Below, piece after piece: positions 23,026-31,573 of a stretch of DNA of 64,000 nt. Origin of the DNA: Acidimicrobiaceae bacterium (GTDB lineage Bacteria; Actinomycetota; Acidimicrobiia; Acidimicrobiales; Aldehydirespiratoraceae); the NCBI GenBank assembly GCA_018699415.1, contig JABIQM010000036.1, forward strand, positions 61-64,060. Direction: 5' to 3'. Every line of letters starts with the position of its first letter. The first letter of the stretch is position 1. Position numbers and translations under genes: made by a program. The notes under the pieces were generated by a model, which saw only the letters and a program-made list of their open reading frames with translations, was not told where the DNA came from and did no database searches.

Positions 23026-23034
23026 AACGTACCA
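23026..23034 (-). promoter_or_regulatory. Putative extended -10 promoter element of the pyr operon
   Basis: TGG-TACGTT lies about 6 nt upstream of the PyrR hairpin. Confidence 0.5.
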
Positions 23035-23103
23035 GGCGCGCGCCCCCGCGCGGCGGCGCTCACTGGGAAAATCCAGAAAGAAACGCTGGCTCTCTCCCCG
23101 GCA

Positions 23104-23610
23104 TTAACTCGATCGGACCCAAGATCCGGGACCAAGAGGAACGAAAGCGCAGTTCTTGGCAACCTGAAGAGACGCACCATTGTCCTCGGTGATCTCGGCG
23201 ACAACGGCGGCGAAACCGGCCTCGGTCAATGCCCACCCCACAAACCCGGCGACCGCTTCGCTTGCTACCCCTTGGCCTCGGTCTGCGGCAGCAACCCACC
23301 AACCGATCAACGCTGCGCCTCGACGAGGGTCAATCGATGACAGGCCCACTTCGCCAATCACTTCATCGTCGAGAGAGCGAGCAATGGCCAAATCGACCGA
23401 AAGGCCGCGCCGACACCGCTCTTCGGATCCTTCAATCCAGCGCTCAGCCGCAGCCAATGACGAGTCCGGGGGAACTGACGATCGGGCAACGATCTCGGGA
23501 TCTGCCCATGCAGCAGCCAACGCGGCAGCGTCAACCACGCACCAGGGTCGAAGACGGATGCACGCGAGTTCGATGACCGGCAGCGTCAAACGAATCTCGG
23601 GCCGGTTCAC
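23104..23610 (-). CDS. GNAT acetyltransferase, RimJ/RimL-like
   Basis: IRLRPW, IGWWVAAADRGQGVASEAV (motif A), EDNGASLQVAKNCAF. GTGA overlap with nusB. Confidence 0.85.
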   Translation of the reverse strand: MNRPEIRLTLPVIELACIRLRPWCVVDAAALAAAWADPEIVARSSVPPDSSLAAAERWIEGSEERCRRGLSVDLAIARSLDDEVIGEVGLSSIDPRRGAALIGWWVAAADRGQGVASEAVAGFVGWALTEAGFAAVVAEITEDNGASLQVAKNCAFVPLGPGSWVRSS

Positions 23611-24023
23611 TCGCCGTCTCGGACCTCATCAGCGATGCTGCGAAGTACGCCGTTGAGGAAACGAGGCGACTGTTCGGAGCAGTATTGTGTTGCGATCTCG
23701 ACCGCTTCGCTGAGTACGACGCCTGTCGGGATCTCGGGTCGCTGTGAAAGCTCCCATGCACCAATACGGGCGATGACCCGATCCACCACAGGCATTCGCG
23801 AAACAGTCCATCCGGTGAGATGCGCCCCGATCAGCGAGTCAAGGCCGTTCACGGAATTTTCCACACCAGAGGCGAGGTCGACTGCGTAGTCGGCGGGCGG
23901 AATCGGCCGACGTGAAAGCGAGTCTGCGATCGACTCACCCGTCTGTTCGGCTTCGTACAGCATCGCCAGTGCCTCTTCTCGGGCCTCGCGCCGACTGCCC
24001 AAGCCGGGGATCAAGTCGCTCAC
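23607..24023 (-). CDS. nusB: Transcription antitermination factor NusB
   Basis: RREAREEALAMLYE, WTVSRMPVVDR, EAVEIA, FLNGVL. Follows efp. Confidence 0.93.
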   Translation of the reverse strand: MSDLIPGLGSRREAREEALAMLYEAEQTGESIADSLSRRPIPPADYAVDLASGVENSVNGLDSLIGAHLTGWTVSRMPVVDRVIARIGAWELSQRPEIPTGVVLSEAVEIATQYCSEQSPRFLNGVLRSIADEVRDGE

Positions 24024-24583
24024 GCGCGGCTGAGATACTCGCCGGAACGGGTGTCGACCTTGACACGCTCACCGGGGCTGATGAACAGCGGAACCTGGAT
24101 GATCAGGCCGGTCTCGAGGGTGGCCGGTTTGGTGCCGCCCGACGAGCGATCACCCTGGAGGCCCGGTTCGGTCTCGGAGATGTTCAACTCAACCGAGGCG
24201 GGAAGGTCAGTGCCGACGATCTCGGTGCCGTACATCTCAAGAATGACCGCCGAGCCATCGACGATGTAGTTTCCGGCGCTGCCCAGCGTTGTGGGCGTCA
24301 CGTTGATTTGGTCGTACGTCTCATTGTCCATGAAGACGTAGTCATCACCATCGCGATAGAGAAAGTTCATCTCCCGCTTGTCGATTGTGGCACGCTCGAC
24401 CTTTTCACCGGAACGGAACGTGCGTTCGACCGTGCCGCCGGCGCGGACGTTGCGAAGGCTGGTACGGACGAAGGCGTGGCCCTTGCCCGGCTTCACGTGC
24501 TGGAAGTCGACGACTTGAAACAACCCATCGTCGAGATCGAGAGTCATCCCGTTCTTGAGATCGTTGGTGGTGATGGTGGACAT
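24020..24583 (-). CDS. efp: Elongation factor P
   Basis: HVKPGKGHAFVR, KPATLETG, VPLFI, VDTRSGEYLSRA. Confidence 0.97.
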   Translation of the reverse strand: MSTITTNDLKNGMTLDLDDGLFQVVDFQHVKPGKGHAFVRTSLRNVRAGGTVERTFRSGEKVERATIDKREMNFLYRDGDDYVFMDNETYDQINVTPTTLGSAGNYIVDGSAVILEMYGTEIVGTDLPASVELNISETEPGLQGDRSSGGTKPATLETGLIIQVPLFISPGERVKVDTRSGEYLSRA

Positions 24584-24593
24584 GTGACTCCGG

Positions 24594-25679
24594 TCAACAC
24601 GTGGGCTTTGGAAATTTGGTCAGCGGGCGACAACCCGTCTCGGTGACCACGACCGAGTCTTCCACCCGGCAGCCGCCGAGGGCGGGAACGTAGATGCCAG
24701 GCTCGACCGTGATGACGTGACCGGCCTGGAGGATAGCGGTGCTTCGTGCGTGCACGGCCGGGAGTTCGTGAATGTCAAGGCCAACACCATGGCCAGTGCC
24801 GTGGCTGAAGGCATCGCCATATCCGGCATCAGTGATAATCGATCGACACACGCGGTCGATCTCCTTGGCCTCGATACCAGGTCGAACGGCGGCAACCCCG
24901 GCGGCCTGAGACTCCATGACGGTGTCACGCACGCGGCACACATCCTCCCCCGGCGTGCCAATCGCGAACGTGCGAGTCATGTCGCTTCGGTAGCCGTCGA
25001 CGAGTGACCCGGCATCAATCACGACGAGGTCGCCCTCCTCAAAGGGCCGATCAGTCGGACGGGCGTGTGGCAGAGCGCTATTTGGGCCGCTAGCCACGAT
25101 CGTCTCGTATGCAGGGCCGGTGGCACCGCCCGTTCGCATCGAGCACTCCAAGGCGTGGGCCATTTCCCGCTCAGTGGTGCCAGCGACCAGAAGGCCCTCC
25201 CTCTCGGCCAGTGCGGTATCGACGATGGCCGCTGCTCGTTCGATTCGCGCCAGCTCGGCAACGTCCTTGACGGCTCGGAGCTCACGGACCAGGCCGTGCG
25301 TGGGCACCAGATCGATTTCGGTGGCGATCTCCCAGGACCGTTGCTCAGCCCACGTCAAGACGTCCGCTTCAAGCGCCACTGTCTCGACCGAGCCGAGCGC
25401 CCCAACGGCCTCGACAATCGGCTGAACTGCGATAGCGACGATGGTGTTGGACTGCGCCGCGGCTACTTCGTCGCGTGCCTGTACCCGATAGCGGCCATCG
25501 GTAATCAGCGTGGAATCATCATCGGTGACGACCAACAGCGCGCTGGACCCAGTGAATCCGGTGCACCAGCGAATGGACATCAGGTCAGAAACCACGATCG
25601 CATCGGCGTGATCTGCCACGACTGCACGTAACCGGTCGAGACGACCGGAAACTTTGAGCGGTGGGAGATCCAGATTCAT
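24594..25679 (-). CDS. pepQ: Xaa-Pro peptidase, M24 family
   Basis: Creatinase N-domain (TGFTGS, TDGRY), GPNSALPH, SDMTRT, HGTGHGVGLDIHE, TVEPGIY, RVED. Confidence 0.9.
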   Translation of the reverse strand: MNLDLPPLKVSGRLDRLRAVVADHADAIVVSDLMSIRWCTGFTGSSALLVVTDDDSTLITDGRYRVQARDEVAAAQSNTIVAIAVQPIVEAVGALGSVETVALEADVLTWAEQRSWEIATEIDLVPTHGLVRELRAVKDVAELARIERAAAIVDTALAEREGLLVAGTTEREMAHALECSMRTGGATGPAYETIVASGPNSALPHARPTDRPFEEGDLVVIDAGSLVDGYRSDMTRTFAIGTPGEDVCRVRDTVMESQAAGVAAVRPGIEAKEIDRVCRSIITDAGYGDAFSHGTGHGVGLDIHELPAVHARSTAILQAGHVITVEPGIYVPALGGCRVEDSVVVTETGCRPLTKFPKPTC

Positions 25680-25682
25680 GGT

Positions 25683-26687
25683 TCAGCGAATCGCGGAGAA
25701 GGAGGCCCGCAGTATGTCGGAGTCCACTCCGACCACCGTTTCCATTCCGCGCACACTGTCGAGGACAAACGTGACCCCGTCGATCGCCTTCTTATCTCGA
25801 GCAAACAGAGCAAGGAGTTCGTTATCCGAAAGCCCCTTGGGCAGGGTGCTGGGAAGGTCGTAGGCCGCAAGAACTCGGTGATGCTCAGCAACACGAGCAT
25901 CACCGATACGGCCAAGATTGTGGGCAACGGCTGCGGCATACGCTAGGCCAATCGCAACCGCCTCGCCGTGGCGCAGGTCGTAGCCGCCTGCGGTTTCGAT
26001 TGCATGGGCGAGCGTGTGGCCATAGTTCAGGATCGCTCGATGCCCACCTTCACGCTCATCGGCGGCAACGACATCGGCCTTGATCTGCACGCAAGCAGCT
26101 ACACGGTCATCGAGTGCCACCGTGTCAAGTCCATCGCCACCAAGGAAGTGATACTTGGCCACCTCACCAAGACCGCATTGCATCTCGCGAGGTGGCAAGG
26201 TCGAAAGAGTCTCCGTGTCGCACAGAACGGCTGTCGGCTGCCAGAACGCGCCAACCAGGTTCTTTCCCTCGGGAAGGTTGACACCGGTTTTGCCTCCGAC
26301 CGATGCGTCGACCTGTCCGAGCAATGTGGTCGACACGCTTACAAATCGAATCCCGCGGTGATATACCGCAGCGACAAACCCAGCGACATCAGTGACGACA
26401 CCTCCGCCAATCGCCACCACGGCGTCCGCTCGGGTGATTCCTGCGACTGCCATCTGACGACAGACGTTCTCGACGACCGACAGCGACTTCGCGGCCTCGC
26501 CATCAGGGATCTCGAGTCGGATGTGGTCTCGGCCCGGATCAGCATCCCAAGGAACATTGGCCTGGGTGATGATCGCAACGCGCCGCACATCGTCGGGCAG
26601 CACCGCTGCTAATTCCGACCGTACGCCAGCGCCCACGAGGACCGGATAGCTTCGGTCGGCCAGTTCGACATTTACCACCTGATGCAC
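25683..26687 (-). CDS. aroB: 3-dehydroquinate synthase
   Basis: GGGVVTDVAGF, TTLLGQVDASVGGKTGVN, KNLVGAFWQP, LNYGHTLAHAIE, HGEAVAIG. Confidence 0.95.
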   Translation of the reverse strand: MHQVVNVELADRSYPVLVGAGVRSELAAVLPDDVRRVAIITQANVPWDADPGRDHIRLEIPDGEAAKSLSVVENVCRQMAVAGITRADAVVAIGGGVVTDVAGFVAAVYHRGIRFVSVSTTLLGQVDASVGGKTGVNLPEGKNLVGAFWQPTAVLCDTETLSTLPPREMQCGLGEVAKYHFLGGDGLDTVALDDRVAACVQIKADVVAADEREGGHRAILNYGHTLAHAIETAGGYDLRHGEAVAIGLAYAAAVAHNLGRIGDARVAEHHRVLAAYDLPSTLPKGLSDNELLALFARDKKAIDGVTFVLDSVRGMETVVGVDSDILRASFSAIR

Positions 26688-26728
26688 GAGAACAGGCTAC
26701 CTCCACCAGTGGGGGCCGCCAGACGGAT

Positions 26729-27571
26729 TCAAACACCGATCACAGTGTCACTAAAGAACATCACGACAAGCGTGCCAGCGGCCAACGCCGGACCGAACGG
26801 AAAGCTGTGACCGAGGAGGCGAGTCGGTTGCCCGTCTTCGGCCTCCGGATCTACAACCACGTTCTTTCCGCCCTTGCGGCACAAGGCCACGCTGAGGCCG
26901 CCAAACACACCGAGAATGCAGCCAACCAGCAAGGCCCACACCACGAGCCGAAAGATCGGTGGCCAGCCCACATAACGAGATCCGGCCGCCCATCCGAGAT
27001 GTAGTCCAAGCAAGAGCGACAGCTTCACATCGCCAAATCCCATGCCCCGTGGCGAGATCAGGTGGGCGGCGAACAGAAGCAGAAAGTAGACCACCATGCC
27101 CGCGCCAGCACGCCCGATAGCGGCCGGCCGATCGATACCGAATGCAGCCACGACGATGACTAGTACTGACAGTCCAAGGCTGGGAAAGACAAGCCGATCT
27201 GGGAGTCGGTACACGTATATGTCGATCATCGAGAGCGAGACGAGAGCAACAATGAGCACCAACGGTGGCAGGAGTTCCCACTCCCAGCCGTAGCGGGCTG
27301 TGGCGGCGACGAACAGGCCCGCCGTCGTCAACTCGACCAACGGATAGGCAACCGTCACGCTTGCGTCGCAGTGACCACAGCTACGACGGCGTAGCCAGGA
27401 CACGACCGGGACCACCTCGCCAACCCCGAGTTGATGCGCACAATGCGGACAGCGAGACCGCAGCGATAGAGGCGTTTTATCCGGAATCCGGTCAATCAGC
27501 ATCGTGGCAAAACCACCGGCCACGAGGCCGACCAGCCCTATCAGGAACAAGTTCACCGAATCCACGTCCAC
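26729..27571 (-). CDS. Prepilin peptidase, A24 family (PilD-like)
   Basis: RSRCPHC...CGHC zinc domain, YPLVEL, catalytic Asp motifs SMID and GMGFGDVKL, FPFGPALAAG. Confidence 0.9.
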   Translation of the reverse strand: MDVDSVNLFLIGLVGLVAGGFATMLIDRIPDKTPLSLRSRCPHCAHQLGVGEVVPVVSWLRRRSCGHCDASVTVAYPLVELTTAGLFVAATARYGWEWELLPPLVLIVALVSLSMIDIYVYRLPDRLVFPSLGLSVLVIVVAAFGIDRPAAIGRAGAGMVVYFLLLFAAHLISPRGMGFGDVKLSLLLGLHLGWAAGSRYVGWPPIFRLVVWALLVGCILGVFGGLSVALCRKGGKNVVVDPEAEDGQPTRLLGHSFPFGPALAAGTLVVMFFSDTVIGV

Positions 27572-27596
27572 ACTCTCATGACTGATGCTTGATGGA

Positions 27597-28727
27597 TCAG
27601 GAGTCGACGGAGCCGAGGAACTTCAATAGAAGGCCACGATTGAACGTGTCGTCCTCCGCCTCGACGGCAGCGAGAGCGGCATCTCGCTCAACATCGGTCG
27701 ATGCCTTCGCAGCGGCCGCTACTGCCTTGGCTGCCTTCGGGCTCAGGTTGGCTAGCTGGCGGGCCATCTTGGCCGAGTTGAGATCATCAAGCTCAGACTC
27801 ATCAGTGGCAGCCGCTGCTAGCTCATCCGACGCAAAGCTCGAAATGGTTTCAGGATCGTGATGCTGGTTGTGTTCCACCCCAGCGAAGATGTCATCGGTC
27901 GTTCTCGACAGGTCAATCGGGTGCCGCCGCTCGGCGAAGACATACTCGCCAGATAGTTCAGGAGCGGCTGATCCGCTGGTCTCAGCGGGTGTGGCGAACG
28001 AAGGCGCATCGACTCCACCGATCGGCTGACCGTCGAACGCTCCGGAGAGCATCTCGTCAACCATAGAGGTCTCAGTTCCGATGTCGTCAGCTCCAGGATG
28101 CTCAGAGCCGGCATCATTGGCGAATGCCGTACTCGGCTCACCCATCAGAGGTGACGCAGCGACAGGAAGACCAACTGGCTCATCAAGAATCTCAACGAGA
28201 CCGAGCTCCACCAGTTCTTTCAACGCACGGCAGGCGTCGATTTCACTCAGCTCAAGAGTTTCGGCAACTGCGCCAACTTGGGCGCCGCTCCCAACAGCAG
28301 CGATAGCGGACCAACGGTTGGCGTCGATCATGACGTCGGCACCCGCGAGTGCGGCCACAAGGCCAACCCAAACATCAAGCGAGGGGACGACCTGCTCGAT
28401 CGAGCGCCACTCAACCAGCATATTTTCTGCCTGGGTGAGGATCGGTTCCAATGAGCTCGGGTGATCCACCTCAGCAGCTCGTACCTCTGGCTCGAAGGTG
28501 AACGAACCGGCAACAAATCGAAGCAGCCCAAAGATCACCTCAACCGACGTCAGTGACTGGACGTCGGCAACAAACAATTCAGTGGCGACCACGTCGCCGT
28601 CTTCCATCCACACACTTCCTGAACCTCGGTCACCGGTGATACGCAGACACCCGCTCTTCGCGGTGGTCGCGCAAAGTCGAAGAACGTCAGGGAGCGCAAA
28701 GGTGTCAAGTGTTCCTGAAAGTGCCAC
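27597..28727 (-). CDS. DUF4388 (PatA-N-like) domain protein
   Basis: MALSGTLDTFALPDVLRL....KSGCL...G.F.F is the DUF4388 pattern. It is followed by a wHTH-like segment (VAETLELSEIDACRALKELVELGLVEI), an acidic linker and the C-terminal motif NRGLLLKFLGSV. Confidence 0.75.
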   Translation of the reverse strand: MALSGTLDTFALPDVLRLCATTAKSGCLRITGDRGSGSVWMEDGDVVATELFVADVQSLTSVEVIFGLLRFVAGSFTFEPEVRAAEVDHPSSLEPILTQAENMLVEWRSIEQVVPSLDVWVGLVAALAGADVMIDANRWSAIAAVGSGAQVGAVAETLELSEIDACRALKELVELGLVEILDEPVGLPVAASPLMGEPSTAFANDAGSEHPGADDIGTETSMVDEMLSGAFDGQPIGGVDAPSFATPAETSGSAAPELSGEYVFAERRHPIDLSRTTDDIFAGVEHNQHHDPETISSFASDELAAAATDESELDDLNSAKMARQLANLSPKAAKAVAAAAKASTDVERDAALAAVEAEDDTFNRGLLLKFLGSVDS

Positions 28728-28789
28728 GGGCGGACTTCCTTCATCGAAGAATACCTGTCCATCGGCACCTTACGCTTGGGAAGTAAGTG

Positions 28790-29626
28790 CTATCCGGCCT
28801 TTTCCGCGTAGGCCGCCGACATCGCATCGATCGGCGCGTCAGCCCCGGTCCAGAGCGTGAACTGGATCGCGGCTTGATGGAGCAACATCATCAAGCCATT
28901 TTCCGTGTTGAGACCTCGACGCGCGCACGCATGCAGCCAGGGTGTTTCGAGCGGGTGGTAGATCAGATCAATCGCAGTCTGCGTGCTCGACAGCAAGGCC
29001 GGGTCGAGGGGCATTCCAGGCGATGCCTCCATCCCAACCGGCGTGGCGTTCACGATGATGTCCGCCATGCCTGCGCTGGCCGGCTCAACAACACAGCCGA
29101 CATCACCAGCGAGAGCGGCAGCACGATCGGCGCGATCTCGACTCCGATTGATCACCATGACCGATTTGGCGCCGGCACGCCCACAGGCCTCGATGACCGA
29201 CCGCGCTGCGCCACCAGCTCCAATGACGGCGATCGACTTCCCAACGATCGAGTCGCCGTGCCGTTCATAGCTGTTGACGAACCCGTCACCGTCGGTGTTG
29301 TGGGCGACGACCCGACCTTCTGAGTCAAGCTTGAGACAGTTCGCCGCACCCAGTGCACGCACTGATGGAGTCGCAATATCGGCCGCGTCCACCACTGCTT
29401 CCTTGTGTGGCATCGTGACCGAAAGGCCGCGAATCCCAAGGCTTCGCATGGCGTCGACCGCTTGCGACGCCAGCCCATGCCGGACATGAAAGGCGACGTA
29501 CGTCCAGTTCAAGCCAGCCGCTTCATAGGCCGCGTTGTGCAGTAACGGAGACAGCGAGTGCGCGACTGGGTCGCCGATGACGCCAGCGACATCGGTGCAA
29601 CCATCGGCCGCCACCCTCAGAATCAT
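28790..29626 (-). CDS. aroE: Shikimate dehydrogenase
   Basis: GDPVAHSLSP, SVTMPHK, NTDGDG, GAGGAARS, NATPVGM. ATG 29626 overlaps the mltG stop (ATGA). Confidence 0.94.
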   Translation of the reverse strand: MILRVAADGCTDVAGVIGDPVAHSLSPLLHNAAYEAAGLNWTYVAFHVRHGLASQAVDAMRSLGIRGLSVTMPHKEAVVDAADIATPSVRALGAANCLKLDSEGRVVAHNTDGDGFVNSYERHGDSIVGKSIAVIGAGGAARSVIEACGRAGAKSVMVINRSRDRADRAAALAGDVGCVVEPASAGMADIIVNATPVGMEASPGMPLDPALLSSTQTAIDLIYHPLETPWLHACARRGLNTENGLMMLLHQAAIQFTLWTGADAPIDAMSAAYAEKAG

Positions 29627-31131
29627 CCGCAGTAACCAAGCTCGCGGCAAACCGCTACCGCGGCATTGTGTTCGTCAAGGGTTGTCGAGAACGTGTGGGC
29701 GCCTAGGACACCATCGGCATCGGTACGGGCCCAGAAGATGTAGTCGCCTTCGCTCGGATCGAGAGCGGCGCGCAGTGCAGCCTCTCCTGGCGCGGCGATC
29801 GGTGCCGGCGGAACACCGGTCGAGACATAGGTGTTCCACGGTGACTCGAAGTCGAGGTCGGACTGGAACAATGTGTCGGTGAATGCCTTGTTCACCGCGT
29901 AGTAGACCGTGGCGTCGATCTGGAGCGGCATGCCGCTCAACAAGCGGTTGTAGATGGCTCGGGCCATCAGCGGCCGGTCGACGTCGACCCGTGCCTCCTC
30001 TTCGATAAGGGAAGCAATCACGATGATGTCCCAGTCAGTCAGACCAAGTTCCACCACCGCCGGGTCATAGCCGACTTCGTCAAGAAGGGCTCCGTAGCGA
30101 TTGTCGAACTCGTCCGCCATTCTCCGAAGGAAGCGGGCCTCATCCGCGAGGTCATCCTCGTTGATGTCATAGGTGGCCGGGAATAATGTGCCCTCGAGCC
30201 GAACATCCGGCGGGGCATCAGGGTTGACGTAGCGCGAGACGAGGCTGGGGTTCTCGAGCGCATCGCGAATCTGCTGCTCGTCGAAGCGATTGTTCACCAC
30301 GAGCAATCGCTGGACGATCTCATTGAGACGGAGACCTTCAGGGATGGTGACTGTGAAGAACACTTCGGGGATGGGGCCCTCGTCCAAGATCGCCACCGCG
30401 TCCTCGAACGCCATGTTCTCGCGAAGCTCGTACTCCCCCGCCTGAAAGGTCTTCTCGGCGTCGCACCCCATGAAGCCGATGATCGAAAGCTCGCCCTCGC
30501 ACCGCAGCCAATAACGGAACACGGTGGCGTTGCTGATGATCCCGTCGTTCGCAAGCTGGGTGGCCACATTGTTCGTCGAGGCGCCGTTGGGAACCGTCAA
30601 GCTGATGGTGTCGCCCAGTTGGCCGCCCGGATCGATCTGGTTGTCGACCCATGAGTAGATCCGGTCACGGACGCTCGTGACCAAGACGACCACGAGAATC
30701 GCAAGTCCGACGATGCGAAGGAACCCACCCCAACTGGTGCGATAGCGCACCCAGTTCTTGTCTTCGTAGTCGTAGCGAGGGTCAACGAGAGGTTGGGCCT
30801 CAGGATCGTCCTCGAGGATGTACTCGGTGCCCTCGGAATCAACTCCGGCCACGATCACCGCACCAGGGGGTGCCATGTGATCAGGCAATGCCGTGGGGAT
30901 GCTCGCCCTGCCGTCAGGTTGCACCATCACCGGTTGGGTGGCTGCCTGAGGTGGCGTTGAGCTCACCGGACGGGCCACGCGCGTTACCGGGCGGCGAGTT
31001 CCCGCCTCGGGGAAGCGCGGCGCATCGCTCGCGCTCGACGGCGCCTGGGGCGGCTGGGGTGGAGGCCCATCGTCGGCGGCGCCAGTGAGAAACGCGGCCC
31101 AGCCGGATCTACGGCGCGGTGCGTTAGCCAT
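29623..31131 (-). CDS. mltG: Endolytic transglycosylase MltG with a long N-terminal extension
   Basis: Single TM, TIPEG, LEGTLFPATY, ASLIEEEA, LQIDATV, SPWNTY, PPAPIAAPG. Conserved ruvX-mltG-aroE order. Confidence 0.92.
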   Translation of the reverse strand: MANAPRRRSGWAAFLTGAADDGPPPQPPQAPSSASDAPRFPEAGTRRPVTRVARPVSSTPPQAATQPVMVQPDGRASIPTALPDHMAPPGAVIVAGVDSEGTEYILEDDPEAQPLVDPRYDYEDKNWVRYRTSWGGFLRIVGLAILVVVLVTSVRDRIYSWVDNQIDPGGQLGDTISLTVPNGASTNNVATQLANDGIISNATVFRYWLRCEGELSIIGFMGCDAEKTFQAGEYELRENMAFEDAVAILDEGPIPEVFFTVTIPEGLRLNEIVQRLLVVNNRFDEQQIRDALENPSLVSRYVNPDAPPDVRLEGTLFPATYDINEDDLADEARFLRRMADEFDNRYGALLDEVGYDPAVVELGLTDWDIIVIASLIEEEARVDVDRPLMARAIYNRLLSGMPLQIDATVYYAVNKAFTDTLFQSDLDFESPWNTYVSTGVPPAPIAAPGEAALRAALDPSEGDYIFWARTDADGVLGAHTFSTTLDEHNAAVAVCRELGYCG

Positions 31132-31573
31132 CGCTTCGCTCCAGTGCCGCCTGCTCGGAATCGAGCCACGCCTGCAGCATCACTGCGGCGGCGACTTGGT
31201 CCACAACTATGCGGCGAGCCTCGGCATTCATGTTCTGTTCCATCAAACTCCGCTCCGCACTGACTGTCGTCAACCGTTCATCGTAGAGAACGACAGGCAC
31301 GTCGAGGGTGTCACCCAGCACCTTTGCTTCGGCTTGGTACTTCTTGGCCATTGGGCCGATGGATCCGTCCATGTTGTACGGGAGGCCGACGACCACAATC
31401 TCCGCCTCCCACTCCTCGACAAGATCGGTAATCTTGCGGTGCTCGCGGGGGCGATCACCACAACGATGAACCGTGTCAACCGGCGTCGCCACTGTTCCGG
31501 CACTCACTGCGATTCCGATGCGCTTGGCACCAAGATCGAGGCCAAGAGCGCGGGGTAGCCGTGGAGTACTCAC
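31124..31573 (-). CDS. ruvX: YqgF/RuvX pre-16S rRNA nuclease
   Basis: LGLDLGAKRIGIA, VVGLP, DERLTT, VDQVAA. Confidence 0.93.
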   Translation of the reverse strand: MSTPRLPRALGLDLGAKRIGIAVSAGTVATPVDTVHRCGDRPREHRKITDLVEEWEAEIVVVGLPYNMDGSIGPMAKKYQAEAKVLGDTLDVPVVLYDERLTTVSAERSLMEQNMNAEARRIVVDQVAAAVMLQAWLDSEQAALERSDG

